In this document: positions 1 through 8,750 of the stretch, one piece after another
Numbering within the stretch: the stretch's first letter is position 1
How the letters are laid out: each line of letters starts with the position of its first letter
NCBI GenBank assembly: GCA_001189215.1
Contig: LFCR01000004.1
Location: 162,244 to 226,243 of the forward strand
Length of the DNA stretch: 64,000 nucleotides
Origin: Parcubacteria bacterium C7867-008
GTDB taxonomy: Bacteria; Patescibacteriota; Minisyncoccia; Phycocordibacterales; Phycocordibacteraceae
Direction of reading: 5' to 3'
Program-made: the position numbers and the translations under genes
Notes under the pieces: model-generated
Told to the model about the DNA's origin: nothing
Seen by the model: the letters and a program-made list of their open reading frames with translations, nothing else
Database searches by the model: none

Positions 1-288
1 CCCATTCGAGTTCTCTATGATTTGGTCTGTGATCAAAACCAGAAAAGGCTCTCTTGTCATCAAGCGCATCTCGCTTGTCAGACGGCGTGTTAGCTCAGGC
101 GCTAATTCTGGTCTGGTTGTGCAATCGAGAATGATTACACGATAATCGTCGTGAGGAAGCATGCACAAAGCATGCGGTACCCCATCTACCACATCGTGTG
201 TGTAGCCTCCTTGAATAATCGCGCTACGAACGGTCCCCAGGTGCACCGCCTTATGGATCGGTCCCTGGTGAATTAGAAGAACTTTCAT
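1..288 (-). CDS. Partial (runs off left edge) receiver-like domain protein, atypical
   Basis: Manual translation from ATG 288: MKVLLIHQGPIHKAVHLGTVRSAIIQGGYTHDVVDGVPHALCMLPHDDYRVIILDCTT...; REC-like pattern; GGGGAAG and TTGACC upstream; not in ORF track because truncated. Confidence 0.55.
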   Translation of the reverse strand, partial: MKVLLIHQGPIHKAVHLGTVRSAIIQGGYTHDVVDGVPHALCMLPHDDYRVIILDCTTRPELAPELTRRLTSEMRLMTREPFLVLITDQIIENSNG

Positions 289-377
289 GTGCTTCCCCAA
301 AATCTGTTTCTAGGATCTGAATGCAGATAATCACAGAACCCAATTTGGGTCAAAAGGGGTATGGCATACTTAGAGAA

Positions 378-908
378 ATGGATGCCGTAAACAACATTGG
401 ACTGCAGGTAACAAACTTTGCTTCAAGCGGCGCAGCAAGCGCTCAGGTATGGGCAGGTAACTTCTTGGCGCTCCTCATCTTGTTCGGGATTATGATTGGG
501 TTTTCCTATAAAGCTGGGCGAGGCGGTATTATCTCGCTTCTTGTAGCGTTTTATGCTGGCTATGCGATTTACTCGCTCTTTCCCTTCACCTCAGCAATCG
601 TGAATGCTGGAGGCACTCCTATCATGAAAGCGATAATCAGTATCGTGATCTATAGCATCTGCACCTATATTCCATTCCATTTCATTCAGCGCCTTACGAC
701 CGGTGGCTTCGGGGTCCTCTCATTTGTCCCACGCTTCGTACTCTCATTCCTTGGCGCAGCATTTCTGCTCGCACTCGGCTATCACGTATTCCACGTGAGT
801 AACATCTATAGTTTCCCAGAACCACTTAATACCGTGTTTGGTCCTGACCAGTATTTCTTCTGGTGGTTCATTGCACCACTCATAGGACTTATATTCCTCG
901 TTCATTAA
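378..908 (+). CDS. Multi-pass membrane protein, unknown function
   Basis: About 5 hydrophobic helices; start moved to ATG 378, 7 nt after CATACT. Confidence 0.75.
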   Translation: MDAVNNIGLQVTNFASSGAASAQVWAGNFLALLILFGIMIGFSYKAGRGGIISLLVAFYAGYAIYSLFPFTSAIVNAGGTPIMKAIISIVIYSICTYIPFHFIQRLTTGGFGVLSFVPRFVLSFLGAAFLLALGYHVFHVSNIYSFPEPLNTVFGPDQYFFWWFIAPLIGLIFLVH

Positions 909-939
909 GACAGGTCTACTGTGGTATAGTCGTCCGTAT

Positions 940-2190
940 ATGGACCTTGCTCAGGAACTCACCGCACGAGGACTCGTTGAACATACTTCAGCGGATCTAA
1001 AGGAAATTCTTGGTACAAAACGTACGGTGTACTTTGGTGTAGATCCAAGCGCTGATTCGATGCAAGCCGGAAATCTTGTGGGCGTATTACTTATGAAGAG
1101 ACTTGCTGACGCAGGACACAAGATTATCTTGCTGGTTGGTGGTGGTACAGGCATGATTGGTGACCCACGAGAAAAGGGTGAACGTCATCTATTAGACCTA
1201 AAGGTTATAGACAAAAACAAAAAAGCAATTAAGGCCCAGATGCAGCAAATCATTGGAAAGAAAGTTTTGCTTGTCGATAATGCTGATTGGTTGTTAAAGG
1301 TAAAGTTGTTTGAATTCCTTCGTGACATAGGTAAGCACTTTACTGTAAACGATCTTATAAAACGAGACATCATAAAACGTCGTCTTGATACGCCAGACGA
1401 AAGTATATCTTTTACTGAATTTACATATGCATTGCTCCAAGGATATGACTACCTCATCTTGAATCAGAAATATAAGTGCGACCTGCAGATTGGTGGCACG
1501 GATCAATGGACGAATATCCTATCGGGAGTAGACCTTATTCGAAAGAAAACTGGTACACAAGCATTTGCATTCTCTACGCCACTAGTAACAGACGCAAATG
1601 GAAAAAAGTTTGGTAAGTCCGAGGGTAATGCGGTATGGCTGGATGCACGAAAAACAGCTCCGTATGCTTTCTATCAGTTCTGGCTCAATCAACCAGATGA
1701 AGTTGTCGAGCGATACTTAAAATCGTACACATTCATGCAAGTGTTAGAGATTGATGCGCTATGTGAGCTACATCGCCGCAACCCAGGACGTCGAGAAGCA
1801 CAGAAGATGCTTGCCCATCAGGTTACTGAAATCGTACATGGTAAAGATGCAGCACTTCGTTGTATTGCGGTATCTGAAGCACTATATGGAGAACGGGAAC
1901 TAAAAACTCTTTCTAAAGAAGAGCAGGCAATGGTACTTGAAGAAGCTCCGAGCCTTTCCATTTCATCTGCAGATCTTTCTTACGGATACACAGTCATTGA
2001 TGCTTTGGTAAATAGCACACTGGCAACTTCTAAATCAGAAGCACGACGTCTCATCGAGGCAAAGGGAGTGACCTTAAACGATGAAAAGATTGATTCAGTT
2101 GAGGCAAAGCTATCCGCAAGCAGCTTCCAGAATGGGTTGGCAATGCTTAAGCGCGGGAAGCAGATCTGCATCCTCACAATTGATAAATAG
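940..2190 (+). CDS. tyrS: Tyrosine--tRNA ligase
   Basis: YFGVDPSADSMQAGN (HIGH-like), QIGGTDQW, KFGKS, C-terminal S4-like domain. Confidence 0.97.
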   Translation: MDLAQELTARGLVEHTSADLKEILGTKRTVYFGVDPSADSMQAGNLVGVLLMKRLADAGHKIILLVGGGTGMIGDPREKGERHLLDLKVIDKNKKAIKAQMQQIIGKKVLLVDNADWLLKVKLFEFLRDIGKHFTVNDLIKRDIIKRRLDTPDESISFTEFTYALLQGYDYLILNQKYKCDLQIGGTDQWTNILSGVDLIRKKTGTQAFAFSTPLVTDANGKKFGKSEGNAVWLDARKTAPYAFYQFWLNQPDEVVERYLKSYTFMQVLEIDALCELHRRNPGRREAQKMLAHQVTEIVHGKDAALRCIAVSEALYGERELKTLSKEEQAMVLEEAPSLSISSADLSYGYTVIDALVNSTLATSKSEARRLIEAKGVTLNDEKIDSVEAKLSASSFQNGLAMLKRGKQICILTIDK

Positions 2191-2208
2191 AAGCCTTCCC
2201 GCTATAGT
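2180..2208 (+). promoter_or_regulatory. Sigma70-type promoter for tRNA-Tyr
   Basis: TTGATA-N17-TATAGT ending 9 nt before the tRNA. Confidence 0.65.
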
Positions 2209-2217
2209 AGGGGAATT

Positions 2218-2303
2218 GCGTCGGTGGTAGAGTGGTCAATTACAACAGGCTGTAAACCTGTCGGCTTCGGCCTACGAAGGTTCGAATCCTTCCCGGCGCA
2301 CCA
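2218..2303 (+). tRNA. tRNA-Tyr(GTA)
   Basis: Acceptor GCGTCGG/CCGGCGC, anticodon arm ACAGG-CTGTAAA-CCTGT, long variable arm, GGTTCGAATCC, encoded CCA. Confidence 0.97.
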
Positions 2304-2419
2304 AAAATTAATGAAGAGTGGTAAGCCAAAAGCTTGCCATTTTTCAGTTATATCCTATTATGAATAAGCGACCAGAGGGGTCGTTTTTAGTTGTTTATTT
2401 TGTTCTGGGGAGAACAGCT

Positions 2420-2962
2420 GTGAAGGATGCGTTGTATAACACCAAAGAAGGCCGGACCCGTCTGCTCGATGAACTGACGGCCATCGGCGCCAAACGTGTC
2501 GAACTCGAACGCAAGCGGGGTGAAAATCGTCAGCATACCGGAAGAGGCCATGCTGATGATGATGAGTGTGGTGACCTCGATAACCTGCTCATCTCCTGTA
2601 TCGCCAGACAGGGTGAGATCCAGGACATCTTCAGTGTGACCGGCGGCAATGTTGCTCCGCCGCCGACCAACACCCTGAGCGTCCAGCTCGGCAGTGTCGT
2701 CACGGTGAGGAGGTTTGCCAACGACAGCGACAACAAAGGGGAACTGTACACGTTCCAACTCGTTGGACACGGCGAGGGCATGGCGACCGGTAACGGAGCC
2801 GGCCTGTCTCCGAAGCTTCCGCTGATCAGCTACACTTGTCCGCAAGGTGAAGCGGTCCTGCGGAAAGAAGTTGGGGACGAAGTCGTCGTCAACGGAAAAG
2901 ATCAGGAGATTGTGGCCATACAGCTCCTGAACACCTATCAGGAGCTGCCAATGGCAGCCTGA
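2420..2962 (+). CDS. Divergent GreA/GreB-family protein (second Gre paralog)
   Basis: N-terminal T.EG..RL.DEL coiled coil; C-terminal VQLGSVVTV...YTFQLVG...ISYTCPQGEAVL...VGDEV; GTG start after GGGGAG; TTGCCA-N16-TATTAT at 2334-2361. Confidence 0.8.
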   Translation: MKDALYNTKEGRTRLLDELTAIGAKRVELERKRGENRQHTGRGHADDDECGDLDNLLISCIARQGEIQDIFSVTGGNVAPPPTNTLSVQLGSVVTVRRFANDSDNKGELYTFQLVGHGEGMATGNGAGLSPKLPLISYTCPQGEAVLRKEVGDEVVVNGKDQEIVAIQLLNTYQELPMAA

Positions 2963-2984
2963 ACCGCCCAGAAGGGCACTATGT

Positions 2985-3024
2985 GCGCCGCAGATTCGTT
3001 GGGGATCTGCGGCGTTCACTTTTT
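2985..3024 (+). terminator. Intrinsic terminator
   Basis: GCGCCGCAGAT...ATCTGCGGCGT followed by T-run. Confidence 0.75.
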
Positions 3025-3061
3025 ACTCCATTCTTTATATAGCCTGTGCTATCGTAGATTC

Positions 3062-4015
3062 ATGAACGAAGACAAGCCCGTCCTCCTCTCAGGCATAAAG
3101 CCCACGGGAGAGATCCATATTGGTAACTATTTTGGTGCAATTAAACAGTTCGTTGAACTCTTGAATGATGATTCTCGTCAGGGCTTCGTCTTTATCGCGG
3201 ATTATCACGCACTTAACTTCATACAGGATGCTTCTGAAATGAAGCGTCTCACACGAGATCTTGCACGTGCATACATTGCGTGTGGTCTAGACCCTGAGAA
3301 GGTAGTGTTGTTTAAACAATCTGATGTATCTGCGCACACAGAACTTGCATGGATCTTCGATACCATCACTACCATGCCGTATCTCATGCGTGCACATGCA
3401 TTTAAAGACGCTGAAGCAAAGAATAAAGAAATCGTTGTTGGCACCTTCAACTACCCAATGCTTATGGCAGCAGACATTCTTCTATACGATGCATCGGTGG
3501 TACCGGTAGGGCAGGATCAGAAGCAGCATATTGAGTACGCACGTGATACTGCAGAGAAGTTCAATCGTATCTTTGGTGAGACATTTAGACTCCCTGAACC
3601 GCATATTCTTTCCGACGTTGCGGTAGTACCTGGTACTGATGGTCGCAAGATGAGTAAGAGTTATGGGAACACCATTCCGCTCTTTGCTTCTCGTGAACAA
3701 CTTGCCGACTGCGTCATGGGTATTGTTACAGACTCCGGCAATGATCGCCCTGAGAACGTATATGCCATTCATCGCCTCATTAAGACCGAGGAGGAACTCG
3801 CTCCTGTATACGAAGAACACAAAGGGAAGTACAAGGCATTGAAGGAAGCACTTATCGATGATCTTGATGCGTTCATTGCGCCTATGCGTGACCGTTTTGA
3901 ATCTCTAACAAACGATACAGAGATAGACGAGATCCTTGAAAAGGGTGCTCAGGTTGCGCGCAGCCACAGTGAGCATAAGATGGACACAGTCCGTCGAGCA
4001 ATCGGCGTCCGTTAG
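3062..4015 (+). CDS. trpS: Tryptophan--tRNA ligase
   Basis: SGIKPTGEIHIGNY, YPMLMAADIL, VPVGQDQKQH, KMSKS; ATG 3062 is 6 nt after TATCGT. Confidence 0.97.
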   Translation: MNEDKPVLLSGIKPTGEIHIGNYFGAIKQFVELLNDDSRQGFVFIADYHALNFIQDASEMKRLTRDLARAYIACGLDPEKVVLFKQSDVSAHTELAWIFDTITTMPYLMRAHAFKDAEAKNKEIVVGTFNYPMLMAADILLYDASVVPVGQDQKQHIEYARDTAEKFNRIFGETFRLPEPHILSDVAVVPGTDGRKMSKSYGNTIPLFASREQLADCVMGIVTDSGNDRPENVYAIHRLIKTEEELAPVYEEHKGKYKALKEALIDDLDAFIAPMRDRFESLTNDTEIDEILEKGAQVARSHSEHKMDTVRRAIGVR

Positions 4016-4028
4016 AAGGAGGTCTTTC

Positions 4029-4250
4029 GTGCCCCAAGAAACATTCACCGGTGAAGACCGGTACAAGCAGCTGGAGCGGTGGCGTGCCGTGATGGCAACG
4101 CGATCTGAAAAGTTCGCCATCCTCGAACACCGCAACAAAGCGGGGACAAGTGATGCTGAACCGACGGTAACCGTCGACTACTTCTTCCCTGAAGATGCCC
4201 CTGTCTCAGACATGCCCTGTCCCACGTGCGGTGGGAGACCCGAAGCCTAG
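4029..4250 (+). CDS. Small hypothetical protein with C-terminal CPTCGG motif
   Basis: SD AAGGAGGT before GTG 4029; 73 aa; terminator follows. Confidence 0.65.
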   Translation: MPQETFTGEDRYKQLERWRAVMATRSEKFAILEHRNKAGTSDAEPTVTVDYFFPEDAPVSDMPCPTCGGRPEA

Positions 4251-4270
4251 CGGTTTCGGGTCTTACTTTT
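4235..4270 (+). terminator. Intrinsic terminator
   Basis: GAGACCCGAAGCC/GGTTTCGGGTCTT then ACTTTT. Confidence 0.7.
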
Positions 4271-4290
4271 ACATGCTATTTTAGGAATAT

Positions 4291-5622
4291 ATGGAACGAA
4301 CGCTCATAGGAGAGCTTAGTAGCTCGGCAGGAGAAACAGTCACTATCCAGGGATCGGTAGATGTGCGCCGCGATCAGGGTAAGCTCGTATTCTTTGATTT
4401 CAGAGATCGCACTGGTTCAGTACAGGGAGTGGTCCTTCCTGGGGATGAGGCACTCATGGAGATCGCTAAGTCGGTACGTAACGAGTTCATCGTTAGTGTT
4501 GATGGAATTGTTAACAAGCGTCCAGAAAAGAATATTCAAACAGACAAGCAAAATGGAGACATCGAGCTTGAAATCAAAGGCATCACGGTACTTGCTGCTG
4601 CAGAAGTACTTCCGTTTGAGCTAGACACGGAACTTAATCTCGATACCTATCTCGACTATCTCCCTCTTACTCTTCGCACCAAGCGCGCTCGCGCTATCTT
4701 CAAAGTGCAGTCTGAGATTGCCCGTGCATACCGTGCATTCCTCAATAGCGAAGGATTCACAGAATTCCAGGCACCAAAACTTATTGGTGATGATGCAGAG
4801 GGAAGCGGTGAAGTATTTGAAGTTCCATACTTCTATGGAAAGACAGCACACCTCGCAACAAGTCCCCAGCTCTATAAGCAGATTATGGTGGGTGCCCTTG
4901 AACGAGTATTTAGCATCGGTATTGTATTTCGTGCAGAGAAGCACAGCACCGCTCGCCACCTAAACGAATACACGTCGATGGATGTGGAGATGGGATACAT
5001 CACTGATCATCGAGATGTGATGAAGATGGAGAATCGTCTCATGCAGTTTATCGCTGCTGAACTTACGAAGACCTGTGCAGCAGAGTTCGCTCTTCTTGAA
5101 GCAGAAGTGCCTGTGGTTCCAGATGAAATTCCTTCTATGAAACTCCGTGCAGCACAGGAGCTTATCTTCAAAGAAACTGGGAAGGATAATCGCAATGAAC
5201 CTGATTTAGAGCCTGAAGATGAACGTTGGCTCTGCGAATGGTCTAAGAAGGAGCATGATTCTGATTTCGTGTTTGTTACGCACTACCCAGTATCCAAGCG
5301 CCCAATGTATACGATGGAAGACGAGGCGGATCCTGGCTTCACTAATGGCTTCGACCTACTCTTCCGTGGTGTTGAAATCACCACCGGTGGTCAACGTCGC
5401 CATGAGTACCAGAACCTCGTAGACGGTATCAAGATGAAGGGTCTTGATCCTGAAAAATTCTCGTACTATCTCCAAGCTTTCAAGTACGGCATTCCTCCGC
5501 ACGGCGGATGGGGTATGGGTCTTGAACGTCTTACCGCTAAATTCCTTGGTCTTGCTAACGTAAAGGAAGCAACACTCTTCCCTCGTGACATTAACCGCAT
5601 CGACACTCTACTTTCCGAATAA
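4291..5622 (+). CDS. aspS: Aspartate--tRNA ligase, archaeal/eukaryal type (no GAD insertion; probably non-discriminating)
   Basis: OB fold, LATSPQLYKQ, FRAE, GIPPHGGWGMGLERL, FPRD; 443 aa. Confidence 0.92.
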   Translation: MERTLIGELSSSAGETVTIQGSVDVRRDQGKLVFFDFRDRTGSVQGVVLPGDEALMEIAKSVRNEFIVSVDGIVNKRPEKNIQTDKQNGDIELEIKGITVLAAAEVLPFELDTELNLDTYLDYLPLTLRTKRARAIFKVQSEIARAYRAFLNSEGFTEFQAPKLIGDDAEGSGEVFEVPYFYGKTAHLATSPQLYKQIMVGALERVFSIGIVFRAEKHSTARHLNEYTSMDVEMGYITDHRDVMKMENRLMQFIAAELTKTCAAEFALLEAEVPVVPDEIPSMKLRAAQELIFKETGKDNRNEPDLEPEDERWLCEWSKKEHDSDFVFVTHYPVSKRPMYTMEDEADPGFTNGFDLLFRGVEITTGGQRRHEYQNLVDGIKMKGLDPEKFSYYLQAFKYGIPPHGGWGMGLERLTAKFLGLANVKEATLFPRDINRIDTLLSE

Positions 5623-5625
5623 CAT

Positions 5626-7047
5626 ATGAAACTCGTCTTCTCAAAGAAATCAATAGACGGAGCTCCTAAAACACATATTCGCATTCGTCTTACAGAAGAA
5701 GCACGTGGCACTAAATGTCTCGTGCGCGAAGGAGACCTAACTATTCTTGAGATTGGTGCAGGTAAGGGAAGTGAGATGGATCTGCACAAGTTTGTGACAC
5801 TGTGTCGTGCGATTGTGAACGGAGCAAAACAGCAGAAAGCAAAGAAGATTGTTCTTCAGTTCGATCGAACGCCAGAACTATTTAAGAATCTTCACCACCT
5901 CACACCAGAACAGATCTCGCAGATCGCTGCAGAGAACTTTGAGATGGCTAACTTTGAGTTCCGTACTTTCAAAACAAAACCAAAAGAAGGATGGAGCGAT
6001 ATTGAAGAGATTCTGTTGTGTGGAAAGTCTTCACCTTCGATCGAAGCTGCTGCAAAGCGTGGTCAGGTAATAGGCCAGGAAGTAAATGGATGTCGTGCAC
6101 TCTCAAACACACCCGGAGGTAGCATGACTCCTCGTGGACTCGCTAAGGCAGCGAAACAAGCCGTAACGGATCTTCCGGTAACCGTTCAGACCATGGGACG
6201 CGCTGAAATTGAAAAGTTGGGTATGGGACTACTTGCAGGAGTGGGTGCGGGTTCAAACAATGAGCCAACCTTTACTGTCATGACATACAAGGGAGGTGCT
6301 GCATCTGCTAAGCCAATAGTTCTTGCAGGTAAGGGTATTACGTTTGATTCAGGAGGTCTCAATCTCAAATCTTCAGGAGGTATATATGAAATGCACATGG
6401 ATATGTCTGGTGCTGCATCAGTTATCCATACCGTTGCACTCGCAGCAAAACTTAAGCTGAAGAAGAACGTCATTGGTCTTATTCCTGCCGCGGAGAATAT
6501 GCTTGGAGCGAATGCAACACGCCCAGGTGATATTCATACGTCACTCTCGGGAAAGACCGTGGAGGTTACCAACACTGATGCAGAAGGACGTCTGATACTG
6601 GCTGATGCGATCACGTATGCAAAGAGACTTAAGCCAGCAATTGTAATTGACGTTGCAACCCTTACGGGTGCCGTGATGGGAGCTCTTGGGCTTTATGCCA
6701 GTGGTGTTATGACACGGGATGACAAATTGAGTGATCAATTTAGAAAGCTTGGGGAAGTAAGTGGAGACTACGTGTGGCCACTACCACTGTGGGATGAATA
6801 CGAGGCATGCGTTAAAGGGACGTTTGGTGACCTGCAAAATGTTGAGCTGGGTGGAACTGGACGATACGGTGGTGCAACAACTGCAGGTATGTTTCTGTGG
6901 CAGTTTGCAAAAGAACTTGATTGTCCGTGGGTGCATCTCGACATTGCATCTCGCATGACGAGTGCTCCAGGAGATGAGTTAGCCAAGGGAGCTGCTGGTG
7001 CTCCGGTCCGTCTCCTCATATCATTTATTGATACATGGAACCCGTAA
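5626..7047 (+). CDS. pepA: Leucyl aminopeptidase (M17)
   Basis: GKGITFDSGG, DMSGAA, NTDAEGRL, DVATLTGA. Confidence 0.95.
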   Translation: MKLVFSKKSIDGAPKTHIRIRLTEEARGTKCLVREGDLTILEIGAGKGSEMDLHKFVTLCRAIVNGAKQQKAKKIVLQFDRTPELFKNLHHLTPEQISQIAAENFEMANFEFRTFKTKPKEGWSDIEEILLCGKSSPSIEAAAKRGQVIGQEVNGCRALSNTPGGSMTPRGLAKAAKQAVTDLPVTVQTMGRAEIEKLGMGLLAGVGAGSNNEPTFTVMTYKGGAASAKPIVLAGKGITFDSGGLNLKSSGGIYEMHMDMSGAASVIHTVALAAKLKLKKNVIGLIPAAENMLGANATRPGDIHTSLSGKTVEVTNTDAEGRLILADAITYAKRLKPAIVIDVATLTGAVMGALGLYASGVMTRDDKLSDQFRKLGEVSGDYVWPLPLWDEYEACVKGTFGDLQNVELGGTGRYGGATTAGMFLWQFAKELDCPWVHLDIASRMTSAPGDELAKGAAGAPVRLLISFIDTWNP

Positions 7048-7775
7048 CGGATGTTCGTGCACCGTTCACCATTCAAGCTAGTGGTCATGAAGGACCTCTG
7101 GAGTTGATCCTTGAACTTATTGAGAAGCGTAAGCTGCAGGTGAATGAACTCTCACTTTCACAAGTCACGGATGACTTCATTACGTATGTCCGCTCCCATG
7201 AAGCATTCCCCATGGAGGACGCTTCAAACTTCATTGGTGTTGCAGCAACCTTACTCCTGATAAAGTCTCGTTCACTCATTCCTGAACTCGAGCTTTCGAC
7301 TGACGAAGAACAAGATGTAGATGACCTTAAACGTCGTCTTGAGCAGTACGAAAAAGCCCGTGAGGCATCTCGTGTACTTGGCCAACTATTTGGTAGAAAC
7401 GTGATGGTCTCTGCAGGGGATCGTGTGCCTGAAGTTATGTTTGCTCCAAGCCGTGACCTCACCCTTGAGGCGCTGCAGGTGGCACTTGGCAACGCACTCA
7501 ATGCACTTGAGAAAGAAGAGAAGCTACCCGAAGTACGCGTAAAACCAACTATCTCACTTGAAGACATGATGGATAGTCTGAAGCGCCGTGTTGAACATGC
7601 GATGACCATGTCTTTCAAAGAGTTCACGGGAGACAAAGCAGAACGTGTAGAGATGATCGTTTCATTCCTTGCACTACTTGAACTCGTGAAGCAGGGTCAT
7701 GTTGAAACAGAACAGTTTGGCACCTTTGGGGACATTCGTATCACTAATACCAGTTCAAACGTACCGCGGTATTAA
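7035..7775 (+). CDS. scpA: Segregation/condensation protein A (kleisin)
   Basis: EGPLELILELI, LLLIKSRSLIP, FLALLELVK. Confidence 0.93.
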   Translation: MEPVTDVRAPFTIQASGHEGPLELILELIEKRKLQVNELSLSQVTDDFITYVRSHEAFPMEDASNFIGVAATLLLIKSRSLIPELELSTDEEQDVDDLKRRLEQYEKAREASRVLGQLFGRNVMVSAGDRVPEVMFAPSRDLTLEALQVALGNALNALEKEEKLPEVRVKPTISLEDMMDSLKRRVEHAMTMSFKEFTGDKAERVEMIVSFLALLELVKQGHVETEQFGTFGDIRITNTSSNVPRY

Positions 7776-7779
7776 ATGA

Positions 7780-7809
7780 AGGTCCCGGAACTCACCGAGT
7801 TCCGGGCCT
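7780..7809. terminator. Hairpin between convergent scpA and orphan
   Basis: CCCGGAACTC-acc-GAGTTCCGGG. Confidence 0.7.
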
Positions 7810-7822
7810 ACTCCTCACATTG

Positions 7823-8071
7823 TTAGTGAGGCTTCTTAGTGATATCGGATGAAGCGGTTACTCCAGACCCAAGTTCATACACTTTCCAGCACACCACTTC
7901 TGGTTTTTCCGGGACCAGGCGCTGTGTGGAACACACAATGCCTTTGGGTGGATTTGTGGCGTCGATGACCTCCGCGTGAGGATCATCGAGACGAATGGAC
8001 ACCACCCGCCCTAGGCTTGGTGGGGTCACCACCGTAGCAGCTAGTGCAGCGGCGAGAAGGAACTGATACAT
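7823..8071 (-). CDS. Small secreted hypothetical protein
   Basis: Signal peptide MYQFLLAAALAA, 2 Cys; SD GAGG; TTGAAA-N16-TATAGT at 8126-8099. Confidence 0.7.
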   Translation of the reverse strand: MYQFLLAAALAATVVTPPSLGRVVSIRLDDPHAEVIDATNPPKGIVCSTQRLVPEKPEVVCWKVYELGSGVTASSDITKKPH

Positions 8072-8198
8072 GATTGAACCTCTTGGATGACTTGCTGCAC
8101 TATACGTGTATACCGTGATATTTCAATGAACACAGACTGGACATTCCCCCAAAATATAGCTTTCCAGTAGGTACCGAGTGCGGTATTCTAAGCTCTAT

Positions 8199-8750
8199 AT
8201 GGCGCTTTCCCCTGCAGCCACTCTGGAGGCCGTACTATTTGCGTCCGGTGAGTCCATGAGTAAACAACGTCTAGCAGGCATGCTAGGTGTTTCTCACGAT
8301 CTCCTTGAGGCAGGTCTTGCCGAGCTCACCAAAAACCTCCACGGCAGGGGTCTTGCGCTGATTGATTCTGGAGACGAGGTGGAGCTACGCACCGCTCCTG
8401 AAGCAGCAGATATCATTCGCAAGCTTCGTGAGAGTGAACTATCCCGAGATCTTGGTAAGGCAGGGTTGGAGGCACTGGCACTTATTTTGTATAAAGGTGG
8501 AGCAACACGAAGTGAAGTGGATTGGGTACGTGGCGTAAATTCAACAGCTGCTATTCGATCACTTCTCATGCGTGGACTCATTGAACGCTGTGAAGATACG
8601 AGTGATCGTCGTCGTGCACGATACACTGCAACCGTTGATGCGCTCGCACATCTCGGTATTCGTACCAAGGAAGAGCTCCCTCAGTTTGAAGAGATGCAGG
8701 CTGCCTTTGCAACGCATGAAGCTGCTCACGTTACGGAAGAGAACTCATGA
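8199..8750 (+). CDS. scpB: Segregation/condensation protein B
   Basis: LEAVLFASGE, LEALALILY, TRSEVDWVRGVNS. Confidence 0.93.
   Translation: MALSPAATLEAVLFASGESMSKQRLAGMLGVSHDLLEAGLAELTKNLHGRGLALIDSGDEVELRTAPEAADIIRKLRESELSRDLGKAGLEALALILYKGGATRSEVDWVRGVNSTAAIRSLLMRGLIERCEDTSDRRRARYTATVDALAHLGIRTKEELPQFEEMQAAFATHEAAHVTEENS

Noticed and set aside
2387-3019. 210-aa antisense ORF
   Set aside because: Shadow of the Gre-family gene.
909-4290. T-box riboswitches before aaRS genes
   Set aside because: No T-box motif seen, and the -10 elements sit immediately before the start codons.
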